In this document: positions 28,304-41,400 of the stretch, one piece after another
Position numbering within the stretch: position 1 is the first letter of the stretch
Layout of the letters: each line of letters opens with the position of its first letter
Assembly: GCA_977030845.1 (NCBI GenBank)
Contig: OZ365116.1
Location: 13,826,001 to 13,890,000, forward strand
DNA from: Fimbriosthenelais zetlandica
Taxonomy: Eukaryota
DNA: 64,000 nucleotides
Reading direction: 5' to 3'
Notes under the pieces: model-generated
Told to the model about the DNA's origin: nothing
Seen by the model: only the letters and a program-made list of their open reading frames with translations
The model's database searches: none
Translations under genes and position numbers: made by a program

Positions 28304-31300
28304 TTAAGAAATTCAAATTGTTTCTCATGAATTCCTCCTGCATAAATTTATCCTCTTTATCCAATCACCTAAACAAGCCCTTCTGGGCCGTCTCCTTACC
28401 ATGCAAAATATTATATTGGCTGAAGAGACTTAATGGATTTTACTGATCAAGTTTCATTCCCCTGGAATAATGTAATAGTGAAGGATACATGTAATATTAA
28501 GTAGCTTGTCTGGTTTTGTGACTTCATTCACTAATTGATGTATAGGATTATCCACAGGATGATTATCTTTATTATGGTGAGTTTATTTGTCATTCTTGCT
28601 GGGAGCTTGTTATTGTAGGTGTTTTTACATCTATATGGACCTGTCTCTTGTCTTGGTGTATATATACAGGATGCTATTAATGACAGCCGTCCGCTTGCCA
28701 TCAGACTATGATCAATAATATCCTGATTGGCTGGCAGATACTTACAAGTCATATTGTCTATAGACAATACCTCTCACTGGTAATAACCAAATCAATTACT
28801 ACCCAGAAGACTTGATATGTCCATTTATAATAACACATACATGTGTCAAATTGAGTTATATGTACCTAGAAAGTAAATACTGGGCACAGACTGCTTAAAA
28901 TTGTAAGATGAAATAGTGAGAAATGAAAAAATGGCTTGCACCCAACATCCTCATCTTGGTTCAGCAACTTATTCATTGATCTAAGGTGCTTCAGTACTTT
29001 TGTTGCAAATAGTCAAGGAACCTTATTTAATTAAAAAGAAATTCAGTTGTGAGTTTATGCCCGGGTAATGGCCTTCCATCTGTGGGAGCGGCATTAAATA
29101 CCTAGCGCTGACCCACCATGGCATTCTCTGTCTCCCGCTGCCCTCAGAACTTTGTGTAAATGACATGCAGAGTATCAGTATATAACAGTAAAAACACGCC
29201 ACACTTATTACATGCCGTCCTCTACCACTGTTTACTGGAGAGTCATGGGCGCTGATTGTTTTTCATTCCCTCTTCCCCGAAACTATTGGCTTTTTCTCTT
29301 CCATCCCCGCCCAGCTCAGCTGCATGCTGGGTCAGGTCATTGTGAGAGGAATAGATCCTGAAAACCAAGGTCTCTATGTGATCCATTAACCTGCACAAGC
29401 ATACATTGAGTCCCTCCCCAATCCATGACAAATAATGAGCGAGGTAGCAGGCCAATGAGTAATATCTATGTAAATGGGTGGATATTAAAAACTTCTCCCC
29501 CCTGAGGAAATACGACGTCAGTCCTATAACGTGCTGCTCAGACAGTTAGGCCTCGGTAAAAAGGAAATGGGATCAATTATTATAATGAGCACAAATATAA
29601 TTAAAGTGGTCATCAATTTAGTTGAGTTTCTGGATTGAATTTCTGAAACCTCGATCTCGGAATGAACACAAATCCAGCTCAAGAAATTGAAAGGAAATCT
29701 GTAAACTGTTGCTAGAGTGTGAATGATTTCTGCCACTTGTGAACCACGTTCAGTCTGTGAGTGTTCTCTCATTGCCAGGGCCTGCTTGAACCATCAGCCA
29801 GGGGGAGTTGCCATATTTACATAGTGCAACTTGTCAGAGCAATAATTGCATAATGATATGGTATCCATCAACTACATCCATACCTCCTTTGTCTGTATTT
29901 CCCTTTGGTTTTATACAATAGCATGCCTCATGGAAATTACATGTACACCTATAGATGCATGATATTTATGTGACATGAACTTATAAATATATGGATTTCC
30001 TTTTAGTGCACTTTCAAACTGAGTCCTTTTTGAGTGCATTCGATAAACCTTTCAACAATGCAGAATAATCTCCATAATTATTCCATTAATCCAAGAGTAA
30101 TATCATGTATATCATTGGTAACTTATGAATACATATCTTATTGAATTTGAACCAATTCAATATTGGAAATACTGAAGCTTTGACACGTCCATCAGAACCT
30201 TGCATTGTCATGAAAATCAGTTTGGCAGAAAAGGACTGGTATGATTCCTGTTACCTTCATTCATTTCAATAGAATATCACCAGGAATGTCCTTCATTCAT
30301 CCTTTTCATTGTGAACTTTGCCCTGATACCAACCTCGTTCATCAAAATCTACACAATGCTCATATTCCCACCCATATATATGAGTATACCTGTCTGATAG
30401 ACTCTCTTGTATATCTCATTGATGGTATTCTTCCCCAGCATTGAGGTCATATATACAGAGATCCGTGATGTGCATGCTATAGGTTTTGAATATCAATATC
30501 GGAATAACCCATCTTTATATACATTAGTTGTCCTTTCCTTACATGGGAGCAACAGTCCCATCCCTGCATACATATTTCATATATAATAACAATGGACATT
30601 CCCCAGTTACATACCTCCCTCAAATGTTCATGCCACATAATGCCATCTAAAACTATTCCTCTATAATGGGCTTATGGTACTTTTGCTCAACAAGCACCGT
30701 CTCCCCGCAAGACAAACGCTTGTCTGCATTTCTCAAGTATCCATCCCTCAGTGGAAATTCCTCTATTGTAGGAATACAGAATGCCCTTTGCTTTGCTAAG
30801 CTGTAGGAAGCTGTGGATTGTATGCTGTCCTGCTTAGCAGCTGTTTTGTGTTTGTAATATAAGGGGGAAGTGTGTCGTGTTACTTGTCATGTTGCCTTCA
30901 CCCTTATACAGACGGTTTAATGGATGCAATTTCTACTGTCACTGGCAAGAAATAATTGACACTCAGTTATGTATGAGATGCCAGAATGGCTGAAATCTTT
31001 TAGAGGAGTGCCAAACTATTAGTGAATGGGTGATCATAGAGGTCATCATTTCTACCTGAGCAAATCTTGCCTAATTCTTTCCCAGGTAAAATCATTATCT
31101 CCTTCACCTGCATCCTTCTTGCAGTTTCAGAGGGAGAAGTTTTATTTCTGTTTTCCATTGCCAGGTTTCCATCTCTATTCAGTATCAATCAATAAAATTG
31201 TCAGCAAATATTTTGAGAGAATGTCTGATGTTAGGTTGACAAGGTTCATCAATGTGGTGTAGCAGCGGTACTTTTCTCCATCGACAGAATGGTGATGAAT

Positions 31301-31879
31301 TGTTCATTGATTTGTAACTCTGAGCAAAGACTGAGTGGTCAATAATCTGTGCATAGACAAAGCTTATACTTCCCCCCTCCTTCTCTTACTTGACGATTTG
31401 TGGTGAACTTGTTAAGATAGCTTACCAGTTGTCCCTTGTCTCTACAAGTTGTTATTTTGGAGATTTTTTATGAACCTTGGAGGCTGTGAATGTATTTTAT
31501 ACTAAAAAGCTGGCATCATGTGGAGGCAGGATCATATATGGGCACTGTATTTGTCTTCATTTTCTCAGGTATGACCCAGCATGGCTGCCTCCCAGGCCTC
31601 TCCCACTCCCCCTCCATGCACACGGATGTAAATATCCAGGCAAGGGAGGCGTATTTTTTCTGTAGACAACGTCTTGAAGGTCCAGATATGCCAGGAGTGA
31701 CATCTGTCCCTGTCCTGGCTCCCTCCTCCTGTCCAGTTCTTATGAGGCGCCTTCCTGCAGGCTGCCATGAACCTTTTATTATATCAAGTCAAACGAGAAA
31801 TGACATCCCCCCTCAGCACAGCCGGGGGTAGTTGTGTATAATCTTTTAATTCTATCATGCTGGTTTTTACCTCTGGTTA

Positions 31880-32120
31880 TGACCAAGGAACGTGTCTGCT
31901 GGAATAACATTCCCAACTGCCCCAGTATATTCTTGTGGTACTATTTCATCTGTTATAAATGGATGCATGGAATTGAAATATATTGTTAAAAAGCTGTATG
32001 TGGATGATGACTTGCCTGGCAACTCCAACTTATCCTGTGGGATATAATTATGGTATTTCATTAAAAACATATTATCCATAATCCCTAGGGACGTCTGGCC
32101 TTGAAAGCTTAATAAGCATT
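31880..32120 (+). pseudogene. Possible decayed reverse-transcriptase fragment (BEL/Pao-like YVDD region)
   Basis: Frame reads KYIVKKLYVDDDLPGNSNLSCGI*LWYFIKNILS; YVDD is at 31997-32008. Spacing of G, I, L-aromatic, K and IL matches the BEL/Pao pattern YVDDxxxGxxxxxxxIxLYxxxKxxL as I recall it. Stops are present and no other RT motifs were found. Confidence 0.25.
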
Positions 32121-33689
32121 AGTGGTGAAGGTTTGAACAGTGGAGAGCAATGATTCTTCTATGGTGGAGGTAGCGGGCCGCACTCATAGCCAGACTTGCC
32201 CATTCACTAGATCACCATTGCTATGTGGCTCAGGTCTGCTGGTTTTCCCACCATATTTTTTAACGTCATCCAGTGAGTTTTACAGATTATGTTTGCAGGC
32301 AGTGTTTGCTTTGCTTTTCTCTCGAGCCTTATTAGGATGAGGAGCCAGCTTGTACTGCATGTGCTGGGAATCCATATCACATCCCCGAATCTCACAGCTG
32401 TCGGCAGGTTAGCCAACACATTGTCCCACCTCTATGCCTTAATGCCCTTCACCTATCTATCATACAAGTGATACAATTTGTTCAAGTTTTCTTTAACACA
32501 TATCATATTGCCTTGCATGCAATTGCAGCAGATTTCCATTATGGTAACGCCAAAATGAACCCATGAAATATTAGCTTTTCATGAATAACAGTTTCCTGCT
32601 CAATATACAATTATTTGTTGAAATATATGACGCTTGATGTTAAGGGAAGAACTGTTGCGAACCAAGCCTTACATATTGGGTGCAGTAAAGGAGCATGTGC
32701 AGCAAAGATGGCCAGATGAGTGGGTGATTGTCATAGATAATTACAATAATCAGAAGTGAATTAATTCATTAAGGAAATCACCTGAGATTCACCCTATGCG
32801 GCGTCAGTATGGCTAATTATCATGCAAAGCTAAAATCATCTGAACTTATTCACTCAATGGGTCTCCTTTCCCTGTTCAAGCCCCAATGTCCCTTGGTGAT
32901 GCAACTAGCCACTGGCCTGTATGAAAGACAGTTGTAATCCTACGGTTACATGTTCTAATTATCAGATCCCTATCACGATTACTTCTTGCATCACTGGTGG
33001 CAGTGTCAGATGAAACCTATCCTATTGCGCAATGCTCTTTCGCTTCACTATGATTGGGATATGGCTTGATATTGACATGCAACGATATTTTTGTGTCAAC
33101 TTCGTGACATCTTTTTTCCTGAAAGATTTAATATTGCCACTATAAAAAGTCACTTCCTTTAAGGATACTTAAAAAGATACCAGTGGAACTTTGTGGCTGG
33201 AGTCGTTTTTTGTTTGCCCGTGGGAAAAGCCTTCAGAAACCCGGTACAATTTCTCAAGCGATCGCTTCTCTTCTCCTTTCAAGCATGTTAACTAACCCAA
33301 TACGAGAACAGGATTCTGCTTTCTGTGGGAATCAGATTGCCCACTAGGAGAGGCTTCTCCAGGCTTCTTTTAAAGTGGAATCGTGGGGAGAGTCTGGGAG
33401 GTGGAGTGCATGTCTCACACTTGCTTCTTGTTGCCTGGTGATGTGTTGTCAAATACTTGAGTTGAAATTCAAGCCATGGCATGTGGAGCAGATCTTTATA
33501 TTGTGACATTGCCTACCTACTCCCTGCTTGATGAGTAAGATGCTTAGTGAAAAAACCAGACATATGAAACTATAGTAACTGTGTTCAATTCATTCTCGCT
33601 TTACACTTTGAAGTTTTGCGGATTTGAGTCCTATGTTCACAGGGTCTATAGCTTAAGTACAACCCTCTCAATACTCACTCTTCTTATCT

Positions 33690-33790
33690 CCTTCCCCTAC
33701 CCCCACCCTCTCTCCTACACCAACCTACCCCCACCCACACCTCCCCCCCACCCCCACCTACACCCAACCACCCCAACACTAACTCCTACA
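33690..33790 (+). repeat. C-rich low-complexity tract (CCCCACC-like)
   Basis: Dense CCCC/ACC runs; explains the Pro-rich stretch of ORF 33581-33892. Confidence 0.75.
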
Positions 33791-36700
33791 AGAACCACTC
33801 AAAGCCTCTCCTTTGTAGAAGGTCAAGATCGAAAAAAGGCACTTTTATATATTACCAAGCTCCAAGGGAAGTCCAATGTATTGAAGTTATAAAAGGAAGG
33901 CCTTAGGTGAGCCGGAAAACATTTCTACCATTCAAGACTGTACTTATGAACTTTACTGTCGCTTCGAGCACCTTGAAATGGCGTGGATTATGGCAGAAGT
34001 CTGCAGAGTATATTTTGTGGAGAAGTGTGATCAATTGAAGAAAGTATACAACTCTGGTTTGATGTAAAATGGAACATAATATTGATGATACTGAAAATTG
34101 TTCTACACTCTCTGGTACTGTAAAGAAACACAACAGCAACAAATCCCATGGCAAGAGGTTTTGTTAATTTTGGTAAAATTGACATTTGTGATTTGAATAC
34201 CAGTGAAATTATTAATAACGTAACCTTTATTCAGTCATTTGGGTGACACAATGACAACATGCAGCAATGGCAGAAGTTGGGAAAGTAGTTTTTGACATGA
34301 CAACACCGTAATTCTTCACTTGTCAGTTGCAGAAGCTATAGTGAATTCATCCCAACCGATTCACTTACCTACTGTTATCCACAAGGCGAGAGACATCCAA
34401 AAGTGGTTTTGCAGCACTATTCAGCTTCCCCGGCCATGAGAATATGAGACTTTTACCCGAAATGCTGAAATTTATTGGATTTTTTTTTAGTCCTAGTAAA
34501 CATGAACAATGTGGGGTGTAGGTATAATGTTCTCTATGTTTGCCTCTCCTCTTCTCTCTATTTTATTGCTATAGAGAGTCCAGGGCCCCCTCCTCTTCCT
34601 GCTTCCTCCTCTCCGGGCTTTGTAGTGGAGAACTTGCTCCTGCTCTTGCAGCTCCAGTGTTATCTCCTGGGTCTGAGATCTCAACCAGCCATCCCTCCGA
34701 GCACTGATGCAACTTCAACTTCTCTCCGCTTCTCAAGCTTTTCACACCAGTTTGTGGAGTTTCAAAATCCCAACTAAAAGGCGCACGATGGAGTTGTATT
34801 CTCTATAGGAGCCTTCATATTGCTCCAATGTGATGTGTGAGTTGTAGTTGTGAGTTGTTATAAGTTGTGTGTTGAGTTGTTCATCCTATGTACCTCTCCT
34901 GTGGGTTTAGTAGGGACTGGAGCAGACTAAGACAGTATTAGGTCTTGTAGTAGTAGGGCGGGTTGCCGCAGTGAGGTGTACATGTAGAAGCGGTGGGAAT
35001 GTAGGCCTTTGACAGAGTGGCTCACATCTGGCCACACTACATGGGTTGTGAGCAGCTCCTGTTCTCCTTTTGCTCTCACGTAGCTCTCACTTGACAGAGC
35101 TCCGAGCCCTCTACACTCTGGTTTCAATCCCAGCCTATTTAAGGCATTCTTGAACGCAGATTTTCAAGCATCGAAACTAGATTGAATTTCCAAACATCAT
35201 GAAACAAAATGTTGATAAAGTTTCAGGTCATGCGACTTTCACATGTAGAGAAAAAAAACCCTGAGGAATCTTCACTTTTCCAGTCCTGTATTCAGGCTAA
35301 TCGGTGATGGTTCAAGAATTGGAACTGGATTGAATAACCACTTTTGATTCCTCTTGGAAGGAGTGAATCTCAAAAAGATTTCCACTAACGATGATTTGCT
35401 ACGCCGTAAATTCTCAGTTATGACAAGAGACACTGGCCTCCGACTGGGAAGAGAAAAAAGGGGAAATTAAGGACGGTGGCTGCGTTTACATTTATGTGAA
35501 TTTTTCATGTCAAACTATCACCAGCCTCAACCATCTGTGACCTCCCATCCCCCACTGCTCATTCCCCAGCCATTCCCTTAATAATAATCACCATCTGAAT
35601 GTAGCCAAAAGAGGCGCATCAGATTTACTAAGTTAATTTCCTACCAAAGGTTTTATCAGGGAGTCATCTATGAAGGGATGAACATCCTTTATGTGAGAGG
35701 GTGTCGTAATTGAGACGACCAGTGAGCGACAGGATCGCAGACTCCCCGGTCGTGAGTGATGGCTTTTCTTACCAATTGGCTCTGTTAAGACACCTTGCAG
35801 GGCGGAGATGTAGTTAGTCATTGAGGAGATAGATGGCGGGACTGGCCTGCCAGGCTATGGTAAGCAATGGCAGGCCTGGACGAGTAGGATATTGAAATGG
35901 GGGACAGGGCAGAACCATTATAAATTATATGGCAATCTTTGCCATTGCCATGATGAAAATAGAACTATTAGTTTATTTTTTGATGATCTTGAGATTAGAT
36001 TTATGTGATGACCTATATTATAATTATACTTACCCTACACTTCTTGAGCATAATTTTACGTGCATTATCTTTCCATAATGTCCATACATACCCCTTGGGA
36101 TCCTACTTAATCAACTGTTTTAAATTGAGAAAGCCAAAACATAGCACATTTTCCCAGAATTGGCAGACCAATTAGAGTGGGATTTTTTTTTCAACACTCT
36201 TCTCCATTCCGGGCAGGAGAATGCGGTGAACAGTAAGCAAGATTTACACCTCAATAACACGGACCTTTTGGACGGCGCCTTGCTACAGATTGGCGGTGTG
36301 TGGTGGGTTCATTAAATGGACCCCCGGTGTATACTATAGCTTTATGTATGGAGTATATAGGAGGATACCTGGCCATCACCATACATCCTCATTGTCCTAC
36401 CATGCACTGGTTGTTCCTCCATGGTTCAGGGTAAAGAATGGGTGATAAAAATACTTACCCCTACATACATTCCATCAGCCACTTCATCCAACCACCCAGC
36501 CATATACAATTTTTTTTATTGAAAATCAACAGCTACACCCCTCCATTCAAAGTATTTTCAGTATTATTGCTATGATTTATTGAATAATTACTTAATCCCC
36601 TAAATTAGATATTTTCAAGTCAAAGAGAGCTTGATTGGAGTCACCCACCATCGCTTCGATAAATCTATATATTTTCTTATAGTTCTTTGACAAATTTCCT

Positions 36701-38120
36701 CCAGCAATATACCGACTACTAGACTGGTAATTTAGGCACATTTCAGGTGCAAATATGTTAGCTGGGTGTCTAAAATAGCCCTTACTGTACGTGTCTATGT
36801 TAGAGGGGAAACTGTGTGTGATAAGAAGCGCATGATGTCTCTTATATTCCTCCTATCACCCTTCCCCACCACCCCACCAACTACCTCCTCCCAGCTCTAT
36901 CTCCCCTGGGCGCTACAGACGCCTCTTTCCCATGGCAACAAGTAGAATCTGAGGGGGTATAGAAGAGCAGGGAGAGGGGAAGGAAGAGCGCAATGAGCCA
37001 GCTCCAGCCATTAACCATTAATAGCTGTGATCTCACACCCCAGTCATTGATCAGCCTACAGGCTATAGAGAGAATGCTTGGGTACTGAGCTGGCCACAGC
37101 CTGGGAAACGTCCATGTGCTTGGACATCGCTTCACTCCCCCTGACCCTTCAGACAAGGTCAATGGCAATGCTTCCTGAAAGTGATGAGAAATACACACAA
37201 AAATGGCTCATTCTCCTCATATCATTGGACTTAGTGCTCCATATTTTTATTCTAAAACATTGCCCCCAAATAAAGACCAATCGTCCAGTTTGGCTTTTTG
37301 CTCTGGTTCTGATAGCCTGGTAAAGTTGTGGTAATTTTCAAACCGGAGTCAAGATTATTGACTGAACTCCTGAATACATAGATGCTGATTAGTTTTGATG
37401 CTTAATCAATTGGCAGATATATGTCGTCAGGGTCGTTTTACACACAAATATTTACATTATAAGGTAATATCCCTGGGTGGAAACCCCTTGGATATCGTCG
37501 GTTTACCGTGATCTTATGGCTAAGAATTATAACTTGAGTGGAAATGTGTTTTGTATGAGAACTAGGAGTATAAATCGTACACTGATTACATCTGTGTACT
37601 GGCACATCTCATTTAATCTTTTTGTGAAACACCCCCCAGAACTTATCTCACTCTCTCAGGCGCTAGCTTCCCCACAGTGGCCAGTCAAGAAACCTGTTTC
37701 ACCATTTATATTCTGACAAATGTCTCTATCCTGACTGGAAAAATATCTGGGACTAGTTAGAAAAAAGATAAAAAAGATACCCTGCGAGTAAGAGCCTATC
37801 TTCCCTGGAGCTACTTGTGATTTATTATTTCACCAGAAGGCTGCAGTCTCCCTTAAGACAATGAGCATTGTGCTTTTTAATGGGTTTCTTTCTTATTATA
37901 ATCTATAAATTATATACCGCCAGTTCTCTGCCTCGAGTATACTTATTTCTTATCAGATAACGACATTGAAACTTATAATTGCACACTTTCCAGATTTTTG
38001 AAGTGCAATTCATCTTGTTTGATATCTTGAAATGATGGTCATTAAAATCTTACAATCAAAGATAGGGAGATAGGGTGGTTTTTAGATAGACTTCCCTGTA
38101 TTTTGATGCTAAAATAGACA

Positions 38121-38275
38121 GGGACTGCCCTTCTATCCCATACTGGGACAGAGACTGTCCCTCCTATCCCATACAGGGACAGAGACTGTCCCTTATATCC
38201 CATACAGGGACAGCAGAGACTGTCCCTTATATCCCATACTGGGACAGAGACTGTCCCTCCTATCCCATACTGGGA
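38121..38275. repeat. Minisatellite, ~31-bp unit x5, each unit self-complementary
   Basis: GAGACTGTCCCT(C/T)(C/A)TATCCCATAC(T/A)GGGACA units starting at 38121, 38151, 38182, 38216 and 38247; internal CTGTCCC/GGGACAG inverted repeat. Confidence 0.95.
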
Positions 38276-38450
38276 GGGCGCCCCTCCCTGGCACCGCCAT
38301 GTTTACTTCACATCCGGGCCACTGAGGGCGCCACTGCTCCTATCGAAGATGTCGGCCAGTGATGTCAGAGAGATAAACCCGGGGCGAAAAACGACAGATT
38401 TAAACACGCAAACACGTGGAATGTTCCCCAAAACATAACATAATATAGGT
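38276..38450 (+). promoter_or_regulatory. CpG-retaining promoter-like patch with YY1-like, ETS-like and E-box motifs and a downstream splice-donor-like site
   Basis: 10 CpG in 38281-38420 by hand count. Motifs: CCGCCATGTT (38294), AAGATGTCGGCC (38346), ATCCGG, CACGTG (38413), and ATAG|GTAAGA at 38448/38449. Confidence 0.35.
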
Positions 38451-41400
38451 AAGAGTTGTATTTATTGAATTCAGCCAGTTTTAAGTGTGTGTCACACTGT
38501 TAAAGTGAATAGGCGAGTAGTGTTGACAGACCACGCTAGGGAGCACGTGTTCTGTAGGCTAAAGCGGAGAAAGTTTGCTCCCATCTTCATGGTACCTAAA
38601 TGAATCAGAAAATCCCGGGTTGTCTTACAGCCTGGCGTGTATAGAGTATGTATTGAGGCGAGTAGTGGTGGTAAATTGTATTTGACATGAGATATAGTGG
38701 CAGCTGGTATTCACTGGACCCCCCTCCAATATACACCTATCAATATATCTCACATACATCATTCTCTGTTTCCCTACCCAGCCTTTTCCTGGAAAATTAG
38801 GCTCTTACAATTGATTGGGCAGACGATGCTCGGTATAATAATGCTTTTATCTACTGAATAACTTTATAAATTATGCTGAGATTTCCTTCACTTGATTTAT
38901 AGTGAAATTCTACTGTTAGAAAAAGTAAGATTTTGTAAGGGGGCGCAGATATGTCATGTTGTTTTCATGATACATTGGACTGGTTATTATGGTTCCTAGG
39001 ACTGGTTATTATTGATGCTGGGGCTTGTTATTATGAATGCTGATGATAACAGATGATCTGGGGTATTGGACGTTTCCCTCAGATTGATGTATAGATGTCT
39101 GGCTGATAGAAAAGGTTAGAGTTGGCATATATGTACAATTCATCTTATCTGTGTAATCGTTGTGTGAATGCAACTGCTCTGTCATTGATACATTGGTCAT
39201 TATTTGATACAAATCAATACACCAATTAATACATGAGTAGCCCAACGAACTGTATAATATTTTATCCATTGGAATTAAACCAATGGACATGTATACATTT
39301 TTTCTCGGCTTCTTGAAAACATTATTTTGAATTTGATATAAAATTGCTGACTACCCAATGTTGGACATGAAAATTGAAAGCAACATTGAGCCGTAAGTTA
39401 GTTTTGAAAGTGGAGTAGTTTGTATAACGTATGTGGATAGAATGAGGTGGTAAACACGTTATATAGCAGGCATGTGACACGCAGGTACCAGACATTACAG
39501 TAACATGAGATGTTACCCTCACATAGCATCATGACATATACCACCGTCACTTCATCCCACTCCCATTCAGTACACTAAGAATATTTCCTAAACTTGCTGA
39601 CATATTTCTATAAAAATAGCCATCAATTTACAATTAAAACTGCGAATTTAATTTGGGACTTCATCTCAAATTATATTTTTATTTCTCCATAGGAAATCCT
39701 TCAAAAGTTGGTTAAATATATATATGTGTCACTGTTGCTGTATATGGAATCACGGGCCGGTGTAATTGCACTGTGGCTGTCATCATCACTGCCCCTGAAT
39801 CAGTAATTTTATGTCCCTCGACAGGTTTCTTCGAATTGTCCTTTATAATTAGCTTTAGTCCTCCGCCCCTGAGAAGGGAAGCCCTTGGGAATGATGGAAA
39901 CCCATGGAAGCTATAGAGGGCATACCCGAGGGCCTGCTTCTCTGGCAGGGCTATTACCCTTAGGCCTACACTTCCACGCCCACTCCTCCCATACAAACCA
40001 ATTGCCTATTGTTCACTGCTCCTCAGCTGGCCACTTATTGCGTAGTTTCCTTCTATAAATGTGTGAACTAAACAATTTTGCATAGAATCCTAAACGATTT
40101 CATTTAACAGAAAGAGGGCCTCTGGTCCGTGGACGAGTTTTAAACAGATTACACTTGGACACGAAATGTGTGAAAAGTGTTGTTAAAGCCCACTGTAAAG
40201 ATTCACATACTAGTTTTATAGTTGACGGTGAAGGACTGGAGTTTAACTATCATTTCTATAGGAGCTCAATGAACAAATTCTTCACTGTCACATTTCCTTA
40301 ATAGAGAATGACAAGTCTGATAGTAAAATCTTATCCATTAAGATTTTCCTCAAACTTTCAAATGGAAATAAGTTGAATTAGACATTTCCATTTCTAGTTT
40401 TTCTCAAGACTTCTCTGGAATAAAGCCCCCATGATATATAGCCAGGGTCGCCCTTCTATTGCCCCCTGAAGACATCGGGCTATTTCAGAATGAATGTATT
40501 GAAGCAAATTCCGTTGACGCTCTAGATCTGATATTGAATCATTGACCTTTCAAATATAAATGAATGGTTCTCCTGAGAGCTCTCAATCATATCTACTGCT
40601 TCTCTCAAGATCTGTCTCCATCCATGTGGATGACACCCAGTGGATGAACATTACTTTTCTATCATAAATAATATAGGAATATATTGTATATAAATGATAT
40701 TGGCTAAGGTGTTCTTTTAAACTTTTGTTCTCTGGATGGAGAGTAAAGTGCCAGGCAATGACTGTCCCTACATGTTGAATGATAGTCTCTTCACTCCTGT
40801 TTTTTGTTCGCCTCTCTCCATGTGTCAGAGACAAAAAAGAGAAATCAAATATTAACACCAACAATTCCCTCCATCAGGAAACGAGTTGGTCTCCTCCAAA
40901 CTTGCCTCTTGTGTGGAGACAGCAATCCCTGCAAATTGTCCTGGGGATGGTTTTCTTGTGCAGGTTGAGCTACAAAACTTGAGCTACCTGCCATTTCAGT
41001 GTCTTTCCCCCCGGGGAAATCTAGCGCTTCCTGGTCGAATGAAGGCAAGTTTCCATGGCACATTAACACTTGTAAGCAGGACTTGCTACAGGCACTGGTT
41101 TGTGTAAATTGACCTGACTGGATGAGAGGGTTGGATGGTTTAGACTAACATTAGTATTCAATAGACACAGGTCGATCTCATGATCAAAGCCATGCTCAAG
41201 GTTATACTGCTGTGGGCAGTCAGACAACGGACTAGCCCTTCTATTGTGTATGCTACTTATATGATATGGAATATTCATTATTATTTATATTCTTATATAT
41301 TCGGTTTGTGATTTAAATCTTTCAAGTCCACACTGGAAATTTGATTTATCTAGTTTCTAATTCATCATAATACTGGAAACAATTTTCCGTATTTTATACA

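Noticed and set aside
36925-36942. RFX X-box-like TTTCCCATGGCAAC (similar at ~41049)
   Set aside because: Both deviate from the consensus and are isolated; expected by chance in 64 kb.
40886-41107. DGFLVQV resembling CR1 endonuclease DNFLxQV
   Set aside because: No GDFN, PTR, LDL or SDH motifs in any nearby frame.
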